Origin: Vitrella brassicaformis CCMP3155
Lineage: Eukaryota; Protista; Chromerida
Assembly (NCBI GenBank): GCA_001179505.1
Contig: CDMY01000356.1
Coordinates: 406,539-470,538, forward strand
Length of the DNA: 64,000 nucleotides
Reading direction: 5' to 3'
Part shown: piece after piece, positions 1 to 11,300 of the stretch
Layout of the letters: each line of letters starts with the position of its first letter
How positions within the stretch are numbered: the stretch's first letter is position 1
Notes under the pieces: model-generated
What the model was told of the DNA's origin: nothing
Seen by the model: only the letters and a program-made list of their open reading frames with translations
The model's database searches: none
Made by a program: the position numbers and the translations under genes

Positions 1-384
1 CGCATGAACATCCGCACAGCCCCGGTGGGAGCCGACCCATCTACCGGCTTCCACACCAGTCTGGTGGCCAGTGACTCGATGGTGTCCATCCCGTCGCTGC
101 CGAGTGTGTCGAATGTGACCCCTCTCCACAAGACCAACCACTCGCATGGTCCTGCGCAGATAGTGGATCTGACGACGGCCGAGGGGACACAGGAGGCACA
201 GAGGGCCAATGGTGGCCGTGCTGGGGCCGTTGCGAGCGGCGTGTCGCGGGCGCGCCAGTGGCTGTCGTTCTGGACGGGGACGGGGGCGCGGAGGGTTGTG
301 GATCCTCAGGCTCTGCTTCGCGACACTGCGGTGACCGAGGAAGGGCAGGATAGTGCCCACCAGTCGACACATGACGTCAACTAG
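1..384 (+). CDS. 3' terminal coding segment of a gene that begins upstream of the window; unknown, low-complexity product
   Basis: Open frame from the window start to TAG at 382-384 with coding-like composition, followed immediately by UTR-type GTCT/GT microsatellites. No recognisable domain. Confidence 0.5.
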   Translation, partial: RMNIRTAPVGADPSTGFHTSLVASDSMVSIPSLPSVSNVTPLHKTNHSHGPAQIVDLTTAEGTQEAQRANGGRAGAVASGVSRARQWLSFWTGTGARRVVDPQALLRDTAVTEEGQDSAHQSTHDVN

Positions 385-2008
385 GGAGGGGGATGGTTGG
401 GGGAGGTGGGAGGGCTTCTGTTTTGTAGGGAGGTTGGGTCTGCAGAGATGTATGGCATCATGTGTGGCGGCTAGGGGTCTGTCTCTCTGTCTGGATGACC
501 GTCTGTCTGCCTGTCTGTCTGTCTGGCTGGCTGGCTGGCTATTGTGACATGTGAGCTACATGCATGCATACATACCTTCGTACGTGTGTAGTGGAGGAGT
601 GGCGGGGGTTGAGGGGCCCTTCACGCCGTTCCTTCTCTTTTTCTGGTCGGGCTATCCGATCGACGGCAATTCCCTCACAGATTTTCCGTAGGTGTCTCTC
701 TGTCGTATGTATCTGCACGAGACCATGGGAGAGAGAGGGTGAATGGGTGAGGTGAGTTCCTAAGTCATCTATCTGCCTGCGACATGACATGCATGTGTGT
801 GCATCCGTCCGTCTGTCTGTCTGTCTGCTGCATGTACGTACGTGTGGTCTGTCTACACGACACGTGGTACATGAGTGTGCGTGTCAAGAGTGGAGTGTGG
901 ACGATGGCCGGCCTGTTTGTACACGTACGCGTCTGTCTCTGTTTGGGTGGGTGCTTAGTGTCCATATCCAGTACATATTTGTAACCCTGACTGACTCGAC
1001 TCATGTGTGTCGGTCGTGCCCCCTTCTTGCCATCCACACCACACCACACCCATACGGACTGACTATATGGAGGGACACCTCGCTCATTGCGCTATCTATC
1101 TATCTATCTGCCGCATACGCTGGCTGCATACAGACACGTGTGTGAGAGTGCACATGATGGGATGGATGGCGGGTGCGTCGTGTCTGAGACAGACAGACCT
1201 GTGTGCGCTTTATGTGTAGTGGAGGGCGTCTGCAAGCTTACACACACGCACATGTGAGTGACCGTGCGTATGTATGGTGAGGGCTATGTGTGCCTGAGTG
1301 CAGACTGACTCGAACGAACCGGAATCAAGGTTCATCCACCTGAGTGCACGTCCGATAGCACACTCGACCCTCATCACATCCACGATGGACAGTCAAATAT
1401 CATGCATAATATCAAATGCAGCCAGCGATAGATAGATGCGGAATGCTCGTTCTCAACGACAGACGAGGCCTGAACCCCTCGGCCCGGAAATTGGTTGTTC
1501 GGTGTCTGCCTTTTCTCGACTGCCTGCCGTCCATGACAGTGTCTGGTGATGGGTGGCGTGACTCGTGTGTATGTTGATGGCTTGCAGCCTTTTATTTGAC
1601 GCTTACATGTGCGACTGCTGATGAAAAAGGCGATAGAAGCGGTCGATTCTCGGCACCTGCCGTATCCACCAAGAGAAACTCATCCAAAGTGATTGGGGTT
1701 CACTGCGGCTGGGTGATTGACTCCTGGCGAGTCCTGTGAGCCCATCAGAAGGGCTCCTTCTCCCTCCTCTGTCGGCCTGCAGCCGATCGATGCGAGCCAA
1801 AGAAAGTGGGCGAGAAAAACGAAACGATTCGTCCTTCAGGCCCGCAGTGCAGTGAGGACCTGTTGAGCGGACGAGTCCGCTTGTCCACCGCTCAGCCGCC
1901 TCTCGCGAGATCCATTAGCGGCCTTATCCATCGCGCCACGTAGCGGCTTCTCGTCCGACGGTGAGTGGGAAGATGCGGCGATTGGCTCACTCACAAGCCC
2001 GGTGTGTG

Positions 2009-2053
2009 TTGGTGGTCTTCAGGTCTGCCTTGGTGGTCTTCAGGTCTGCCTTG
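2009..2053. repeat. Perfect 21-nt tandem duplication (ttggtggtcttcaggtctgcc x2)
   Basis: Read directly: 2009-2029 equals 2030-2050, about 160 nt upstream of the ankyrin gene start. Confidence 0.95.
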
Positions 2054-2209
2054 TCGGCGGGCGAGTCGGATTGATGAATGGTCACCTCATACGTTGATAG
2101 GCAAGCCCTGATGCACGCAACACACAGGCACACACAGGCACACACCAGGCCCATCTCTGTGTGTGTGTTCCATGGTGCAGCTGTCTGTGTGTTTGAGTGA
2201 GTGAGAGCG

Positions 2210-5200
2210 ATGTCGTCGGGCCGTCAGAACACCGACATGGCCCCTGCTGGCCGGGCAGACGGTGGCAATGGCGATGAAGGTACACTCAGCTCAGACAAAT
2301 GCAGCACATCACACACAAGGCAACATCGTGTGTGTGGATGTGTGTGTTCCTTTGCAGACGATGTAGCCGGGGAGGAGACCAACGGCTTTTATTTGACGAG
2401 GGTGAGCGACGAGCTGTGAGATATAGCAAGGCAGCACGGTCACGACTGCTCGTGTATGTGTATTTGTGTGTGTGTGTGCGTGTGTGCGTGTGCAGGTGTT
2501 GTCCGTGTTGAAGGGGGCCGCGGTGTCGGCGGGCAGAGCCGGGGACGACAGAACACAGGTACACGCCGGCCGATCCACCGACACACAAATCAGAATCGCC
2601 CTTCAGAGCTCATCGTTAGTAATCTTGTATGTGTTTGCCCGTTGTGCCAACCACAGGTGCGCCGTTACCACACAACTGGTTCCCTCCCGGCACCAGTGGC
2701 GCTAGCAGACGGCTATCCGAGCGCATCCTCCGCCGCACAGTCACCGGCGAACAGCATGTGACGGACGTGATCCAGCAGCATAAGGCCGACCCCAATGTGG
2801 AGCTGTGGCTACATACGGATGATGAGAATGGCCATTCTAGCTATGCAGATTATCCGCTGCTGGCGCTGTGCCCTGACAACCTCTCGGACAACCGCGTGCG
2901 ATCCATCTGGGCAGCCGACAGGGACGTGGACGACGACATGGAGGCTTGTGGGTGTCCCGTCGTCTTGCCCATGTGGCAGACCCCCAGCCTCCAGCTCGCC
3001 ATCATGCGAGTCCTGATCGAGAGAGGGGCGGACATCAATGCGGGTGATCTGTGTGCGCCCATCGTTGTGGCCATCAGAGCCTGCAATCGGGCCGCATTCG
3101 ACCTCCTGATCGGCCAGCCAGGTACGCACCCATTCACAGCACTCACGACACGGAACACACAGCATGGTGGCTGTCTGTCTGTCTGTCTGTTTCAGGCATC
3201 CAGCTGCAGGGGCGATGCGTGCTGATGGTGCCGCCTTCTCGTCGGACGGATCAGCCGACTGAGGCTGACGAGGCCACCCTGCTGTCCTTCTACCGGGAGC
3301 TCATCCAGCGGGACAGCACACTCGCAACAGAGCGGGACCCGGATGGCACCAATCCGGTGCATTGGGCGGCCGCGGGCCCTCCCGTCTGGTCCCAGCGGTT
3401 CATCGAGATCTATCTCGACCTGCTGGTGAACAACGGGGCCGACCTCAGGGCCGTGGACAATGATGGATGGACTCCATTGCACTTCGCGGCGGACTGGGGC
3501 TCCCACTGTGTCGCTGCGTCTCTGTGTCGCCGCCTCGCCGCTGCTGACGTCAACAGAGGGCTGCCGAATGACCCCACCTACACACCCCTCACCCGTGCTG
3601 CCCAACAGCTCGACGAGGACACCCAACGGCTGCAGGACGACAACACGGAGCAGACCGAGAGGGACCGGGCCACCATCCGGATTCCCCACGTCAAGACCAC
3701 CATCCGTGTGCTGCTCCAAGCGGGCGGTGACATCGCCCGCATGCCCACCGCCACACAAAAGGACCACCGCAGTCGCCAGCTGGTGTCGACCGTGGCCAAC
3801 GAGCTGCCCATTCCCGAGCCGCGCCCCGCCACCATCGAGGCGCAGGAGCGGCTGCAGAAGAGGAAGGAGGACCGCGACAAGCGCAAGGGCCGACAGGCCA
3901 CACGAGAGCTCAGGGAGGCCCCCACAGCGGCCGAATTGGCGCGACAGCAGAAAGAGGCCGACGCCCATGCGGAGGCCCTCATCAGAGAGGAGGCGGCCAA
4001 GAAGAAGACGGCGGCCAACAAGAAGGAGGCGAGCAAGAAGAAGGACAAGAATCAGGGCAAGAGGGCGGGCAAGAGGCAGCCCAGCACAGCCACCTCCACC
4101 TCCACCAGCAGCCCGCCGGGCGGCGAAGACGATCAGGCGGACAGCAGTGGGGCAGCCGATGATCAAGATGAAGACATCGACACCCTCCTGCTGAGGTCAG
4201 CTTTCGCCAGCCGCGCCGTCGAAAGCCAGAAGCAGACAACCAAGCTCGAACAGCAGAAGGCGACACCCACCAGACGCGAGCCACCTGCCCACACCAAAGA
4301 GTCGACTCGTTCCCCCTTCTCGCCCTTCCAGCCTCCCACACGCAAGCCCAAAAAGACTGAGCAGCCGTCAGCTGACCGTCTGCTGCTCTCTCGCCCCAGC
4401 GGTGTGTCGACGGCCGATCAGACGCCGCGCGAGGAGCGCCTTCCGGGCCCATTGGCAGGCAGCAAATTGGGCAGAGGCAGGGGGCTGGGCCTCCCGGCTG
4501 CTGCACCAGCCCTGTTGTCTCGGCCTGCCCCTCCCACTCCCCGTCTGCCATCGGCTGAGGAGCTGCGCGAGTCGGCCAGGCGGCGATCGTTTGTGTCGTC
4601 GAGCACATCCCACCCGCCCCCACCCCCCCGGCCCCTCTCACCTGCACACCAATCGCCGAGCGGTGCCGATGATGGATTCCCGCCTCTAGCACATGCGTCA
4701 CAGCAGCTGTAGGCAGACAGACAGAGAGAAGGGGATGAATGGATGTGCACAATGAATGGTGTTGTTGTGTGTCGTCGTCTCTCTTTGTGTCAGCAACGGC
4801 TCGTTTCCCGCGTCCTCGAGTGGACATCGTCCGTCATGTCACCGGGGCCCCCCGCCACTCGTCAAGTATCCCAAGTAAGGCACTGACAGGCCGACATGAG
4901 GCCACCTCACTCACACACCAATGGGTGATTATCGTGCACCCATCTTCTCATGTCGTTAGGGGCTCTTGTAGGCGTGTTGAGTGGGTGGCTGAGGAGGGTC
5001 TTGAGCGTGACGCTGGTAGCGACGCAGAAGACAGTGGCGCTGACGGCGAAGACACAGACCCAGTGCAGAGGTCGGCACAGCCAGGCCCACCACACACTTG
5101 CTCACTTATTGCGGCTGTCATGCAGGCTGCTGTCGGCTGCGGCAGCTGCTGATGACGCCGACAACAAGGGCACTCGTCGGCCGAACAGACACAGGTGATC

Positions 5201-7051
5201 TCCGTTGGCCAGTGCTGAGCCTCTCCCAACTGCATCCCTTGTGTGGTTTGCAGGCCCTCGTCTCACTCGTCAGGTGCCGCCGCGGCATGTGCATCTGCGT
5301 CTGCCTCACCGCCGTCATTCCGAGCGGCAAACGACGCTCGCTACCCAGAGCACCGACACCAAGACGACAGGTCCGTTATTTGCTACAGACGTGCAGTGCA
5401 CAAGCACGGCAGAGGTATCATATATTCTGTGTGTGCAGTGAGGATGACGAGCAAAGCCAGATGGCCATCCGTGCGTCACTCCACGAGGCCACGACCGCCG
5501 CCATGATGATGCCCCCGCCATCCCCGCCCTCCTTGTCGCTGTCGTCTGGTGGCCATGCCAGTGGCGCATCCGCAGCAGCAGCGGCGCCGCTGGGCCCTCA
5601 AGAAGATACCGTGTCCAGGGCTATGTTTCCCCCGTCCTCGAGTGTGGATCGTCCCTCGTCTCACCGGGGCCCTCCGCCACTCGTCAAGTCTCCCAAGTCA
5701 GATGCAGACAGAACGATGAATCGCCACACGTGGCCACACACCTGGTTGGCTCTGTTCATCTTCTGCTTAGGTCATTGGAGCTGTCATTGGGACAGGACAG
5801 TTCTGACGAGTTGGATGATGCCTCTTGCCCGCCGCCATTGTCTGAGCACAGGTATACACACAGCCGCCTCCAATTCGCTGTCTCTTTTCATCTGTGTCGT
5901 GTGGTGTCACCTCTTCTTCGTATGGTGCCTTCCTGCCGTCCAGTAGCTACGGCTTTGCCCCTACCGAGCCATCGCCAGCAGCAGCAGCAGCAGCAGCCAC
6001 CTCCTCGTCTAATGGCTACAACTACCCCAGTGAGCCACCATTATCACCAGCAGCAGCAGCAGCCGCGGCCAGTGCGTCTTCGTCTCAGCGATTTGACCAA
6101 TCGTACGCCACACACTCATTCACTCAAGCAGGGAGAGGGCAGGCTGGTGACGGCCATCCCTTCAGCGGCTCATACGACGACTCATCGCAATACCACCACA
6201 CGGCTCCAGAGTACGCTCGTGCATACCAATGAGCTGCTTGCAGGTGCCCTCATACTTGTGTTCTCTGTCTGTCTGTCAGGCCTTATGAGTGGCCGTCATG
6301 GTCCAACGGGTCGTGGGCTAATGAGGATATCCCTGACAGTGAGGTGCCGCTTCCGGGTCCGATATTCGAAAATGAGGAGGACGACCAAACACTGCCACAC
6401 TCGGCATCACCATACGCCGCTGCTGCTGCTGCTGGTGGTGGTGGAGATGAGAGGTACGCACACACGATGACCGATCAATTGTTCTTGAACGGATTGATCG
6501 GATGTGTTCAGTATCGCCGGGACGTCTCGTGAGAATGAGGTGCTCAAGCGTGAGAATGAGGAGCTCAAGCGAAGGTACGCACCACATAATGCAACCAGGG
6601 GAGGAACACTCATCATGCACTCACTGTGCGGTCGATCAGGCTGGCCGAGTTGACCGTCCAGCAGCCGCCCCATTCATCCCAGCCACCCTCGTCCAGCAGC
6701 TCAAGCGCCCCTCCCCCACTCCAGCCACACTCACGGCCACAGCCACAGCAGCCACATGGCAGCGCTGACGACACGGCTGGCGAGTGTGTGATACGTTTCG
6801 GCGAGCACGGCGCTGCGTCGATCATGTATGTGCCGTGCAAGCACCTGTGTGTGTGCGGCCACTGCTATGCCGATCGCCGGCGGCGCCACGAGGCTCGGGT
6901 GCGGCGCATTCGGCGGCTCAACGCCCGAGCTGAGAGCGAGGCCGACAAGCGGCCCATCCCCACGTTCGAGTGTGACATCTGCCGCAAAGAGGTCGGCTTC
7001 GCCGGCACTCAGGCAGAGGTGCGCCAGTGGATCGAACGACCATTCACTTAG
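2210..7051 (+). CDS. Multi-exon ankyrin-repeat protein with K/E-rich coiled coil, low-complexity middle, UIM-like motif and C-terminal degenerate RING-HC finger
   Basis: Ankyrin motifs LIERGADINAG, GTNPVHWAA and NNGADLRAVDNDGWTPLHFAA. GT-AG introns link the ORF pieces (e.g. 3122-3196; donor gtaggc at about 4710). EDDEQSQMAIRASLHE at 5440-5487. The last exon has C-VI-R...PCKHLCVCGHC...ECDIC and stops at 7051. Internal exon chain inferred manually. Confidence 0.75.
4803..5698 (+). repeat. Diverged 74-nt direct repeat (4803-4876 and 5625-5698): duplicated exon 3' end including the splice donor
   Basis: The copies encode FPASSSGHRPSCHRGPPPLVKYPK and FPPSSSVDRPSSHRGPPPLVKSPK in the same frame; both end CCCAA|GT. 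Confidence 0.85.
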
Positions 7052-7570
7052 ACAGACAGCAGGCTGACGAGTGATCAGATTTAGATGGGGGAGGGGGGTG
7101 CATGGCTGTGGGTGCGCGTAGGAGAGAGCTTGTGTGGCCCACTGGATGCGGCCATTCATGTCGCGCTCTGACTGACTGACATACTGACTGACATACTGCA
7201 GGGCAGGCGGGAAGTAGAGGGAGTAGGCGGGAAGTAGAGCTGCCCGACTGAGATGGGCGAGCCCGGTATGAAACAGCTTGGGACCCTGAAGCGCATCGCA
7301 TCATGGCGGGTGTGTGTGCCATGGTTCCGTGCGAGTGGATGAGTGGAAGAGGCGCTGACCTCCATTGCGATAGCAGCGGGGAATTGCATCAGCGTCGAGA
7401 AAAACCGCCATGTCGCTCCACACAAGGATGGCTGCGACGCACAAGCCTTGAGGCCGTGTGGCGAGTGTGTCACAGGAGTTTAGGCGCTGCTGTGAATCCT
7501 TTTTTGCTGAGAGAGTTTACAAAAGTTCTTCGCCAAAGTTCTGCTCCTTTCGTATCCATCTGCTCCCGCC

Positions 7571-8360
7571 ATGGAGCGTGGGAGGGAGGATGACCTGGAT
7601 TACGACACGATGTGTGATGAGCTGCTGGAACTGGCCACAGAGCTCACAGAGAGCAACAGGGCCATGGCCTTCACGCAGGGCGGCCAGTCCCAATCGCAGT
7701 CATCCAGCCTCTCCCTCGTGGTGCTGTCCAACCTCCCGCACGACAAACTCAAGCCGCTCATCAGCCACCTCGACGCGCACAGCCTCACCCGCAAGCAGAT
7801 CTGCAAATTGCTGCGCCACGCTTTCCGGCCGTCGGTGCCGGGCAAGCCCACCGGCATATCGCTGAGAGACCAGAAGGCCATCATCGCCGTCCTGCTGGCC
7901 GGCTCACCCGCCGATGGCGACGCGGCGCCCGAGCGCCTTTGCAACGTCGCTTTGGCGCTGCTGCAGGTGTTCATGACGGAGCCGACGGTTGAGGCCAAGG
8001 TGGTGTCGTGGGCCCTGCAGCAGATCATGACGTGCATCCCACAGATGAGCCCCGAGGCGCTCGACCTCCTGGTGCAGAGGGTCTTCAAAGTGGCGTTGGA
8101 GAAGGGGAGCGGGTCGCCACGGCAGTCGGCCAAGTCCGACAAGAGCGGCAAGTGGAAGGGCGGCAAGGGGAAGGGCGGCCACGGGGTGGAGTGCCTGGAG
8201 CTGCTGTCGTCCCTGCTGGAGTCCTGCGGGCGGTGTGAGGGCATAACGATGGCGGAGAGGGGCGGGGAGGGAGAGGAGATGACGGGCAAGGGGTACGTCG
8301 ACGAATGGCTGACGCGTTTGTGGGGTGCGGAGGAATGGTCAGCTACACATACACAGACAC

Positions 8361-8395
<35 letters not shown>

Positions 8396-11300
8396 TGGCT
8401 GCTCTTTGACTTTTTTCCTTGTCAGGTCCCCTCGCGCCATCCCGGTGTTGCTGCGGCAGCTGGGCGACCTCCCGCTGACAACCGATGACCTACGACAGCT
8501 CATCCACAGCACCTGCAAGCAGCTCAAGATCGCCACACGGCTGGACAAGGACAAGGACAACATGCAAGATGACGATGGCCGCGAGAGGGATAGTGAGAGT
8601 GCGATAGCGGAAGCGTATGACCATCTGCCCCAGGTGGTGGTGGAGCTGTTCTCGGTGGTGCAGCGGGGGACGGCCGAGGTCAAGGGCGAGTGTTTGCGCA
8701 AGGTCGCATCGTACTTCGCAGAGCTGGACCAGCGGATGTGAGCATGCAGGAATGGACGGACAGGGGCGGGAAGGGCGCAGACACACCCAAGTATACGGAT
8801 AATGGATGTGTTGTGTGTGGCATTCATTGCTGGCAGGGCTAAGTGGCGATTGGAATCATCGCGGCCATTGGCGCAGGCGTCGTATGATGGAGCACTGCAG
8901 GCTCACGTGGTGCTGCTGCTGCAGGCACAGACATTCTATGGATTCAACTTCATCAAACTGCTCAAGTGAGGGAGAACCAAGCGTCATCCCATCCATCCAT
9001 CCATGGCAAGGAGCAAAGGCATTAGGTGTGTGTCTGTATATGTATCTGCAGATCGCAGAACGTTTCGATGTCTCCATTTCTGCTGTCCATGTCGCTGGCC
9101 ACCAGCAGGTCTCCCAGCAGTCTCCTCGACATAGAGATGGACGAAGACGACAAGAAACAAACCGCCAAAAGTGAGGATCCTCACAGCGTGGCCAGCACAC
9201 CAGACGTCACACAACTTCACACGCACTCCCTCCCTCTCATGTGTGTGCAGATGGCCATGAGGACGCCACCATCAGCACTCTGCGCTGCCTCTTCATGGCC
9301 TCATTCACCCCACCCCCGGCCGCAGACCTCATCGCGGGCATCACCTCACCCACCCTCCCCGGCCTCCAGAAGCGCCCCTCCATCAGGTGGACGACCGCCA
9401 TTCTGCGTAGAGTGGCGGAGATGATGCCCGACCCCCTCACGGCCTTCGAGATCAGCTGGGCGGTCAAGGGCGGCCTCGGCCAAACCTGCGATAGCGAGAA
9501 TTCCGACATGGCCGCCCGCTACCTCGAGCTGGCGTACGCGCTGCTGGGGGGCAAGGCCGTGGGCAGGGGGGGCGAGGGCATGATGGCGCTGGGGTGTGAG
9601 ATGGTGATCAAGGTGTTTAAGAGGTTCGTCGAGCGTAGGGGTGCGATCCTGAGCACGTTGCTGCCCCGAGTGCTGTCGTCGGACGTGCGCATCAAGGAGG
9701 CACGTGTCGTGGCATTCATCCTTTGGCGAATCGCAAAGGAACACGGGTGAGTGAGTGACCCCTGACCTGACCCGACAAGAGACACATGCATGGGTATTGA
9801 CATGACATGTACATCTCTGTCGTGCTCTCTGACTTTCAGTAGCAAACTGCTATCGTCGCATCTGGCGCACCTCCGTGACGCCCTGTACGAGGCCCCCCGG
9901 CTCACCCCCTCCCATGCAGACCTGCTCTTCGGAGCCCTCGCGCCACTCTTCTCTCTTCACCCAGACCTACAGGTAGGTGCATTCGCACGCACAGGGGTTA
10001 GACACATATATATGAGCGAGATTCCCCTTCTCCTTTTTCTCCAGGAGTCGCTCATCATTGCGCTGCGCAAGTCCATCATGGTCACACCCCTCGCGCCACG
10101 ACTGGTCGCCACACGGGGCTTCATCCATCTGCTGGCGTTCGCCATGGGCGGCACAGCCACCGATTTCGGTGCCCTGGTGGCCGAGGGCTTCCCTCGCCAC
10201 AAGGGCTGGGCCAAGGACAATGACATGCAGCCGACATCGAGCGGTCGAGACGACCCAGAGGTGGTCCACGAGGTGCGCATGGGTGGAGGGGCAAAGCAGC
10301 GCGGCCATCGGCGGGACGAGGGGCGAGGGTCCGAGTCGCTATTCGACGAGTGCGCCGGCATCCTCGTGAGAGCGGTCCGGGACGACCCCACGGTGCAGCA
10401 CGACATCTACGTCGGTCTGTGTGCGCTGTTCGAGTCGCTCTGGACGTCGTTGGCATCCACCAGTGCCATCGATAGCCACGAAGACGCCCCCGCACAGCCA
10501 GCACCAGCACCGGCGGCCGCAACGGCCGCAGCAGCAGCTGCGGCCGCCCCATTCCCCAGCCCAGCGAGGAGCAGTGACGTGTCAAGCAGCTTCGGTAGTC
10601 GCATTCTGCAGCTGTTGGTAGATGAGTTCGAAAGGTCCTTGAGAGTAGCTCTGAAGAACATCGATCGCATCGTTGCAGCGGAGAGGGGCGAGGGGGATAG
10701 AGGGGCCGGGGGCAGACGCGTGGACGAGTCGAGAAGTGGGCTGACCCTAAATGACCTGCTGATACCCAAGGAGGGCCCGCCTCAGCCTGTCGGCGGCAAG
10801 AAGGTGGGCTGCTGCTGCTGCTACTGCTGCTGGCAGAGGTGAAAATGCATTCATTGTGTGTGTTGTTTGCTGTCTTGGATGTGTGCAGGGCGGTGTTGGT
10901 ACGCAAGGGGGCGAGCAGGGGAGGAAGGTGACGCCCCTCCAGGTGATGGGGCAGCCCCTCCAGCTGCTGCTCGCCTTACTTGTCAGGTGTGTGCACATAC
11001 ACCCATGAGCAGAGACACGACAGCAGCAAGGACATCATCCATCCGGCTCACCTCCCGCTTCTCTGCATTGTGTTTCAGACTCGACCATACCATCGCCGTC
11101 TGCCACACGTCCACGCATCAGCACGAGCATGAGCAGCAGGAGGGTAAGGGTGAGGGCATGGACGACGACGCCAAGGTCCGCGAGCCTCAGGGAGAGCCGC
11201 ACACCAGTGGCCGTGACGCGCAGCTGACGAGCGGCCTGACGACGCTGCACCACATGCTGGTCGGGGTGGCACGAACACTCCGCCACTGCCGCGTCGAGAC

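Noticed and set aside
385-2200. Several Cys/Val-rich or His/Thr-rich small ORFs (e.g. CVCVCV, HTHTHT), also seen throughout introns
   Set aside because: Translations of (GT)n/(AC)n/(GTCT)n microsatellites, not metal-binding proteins.
3192-4166. 324-aa minus-strand ORF (and similar antisense ORFs at 12829-13958, 43135-44232, 31811-32497)
   Set aside because: Antisense shadows of real GC-rich exons; third-position GC bias suppresses stops on the opposite strand, and no domains are recognisable.
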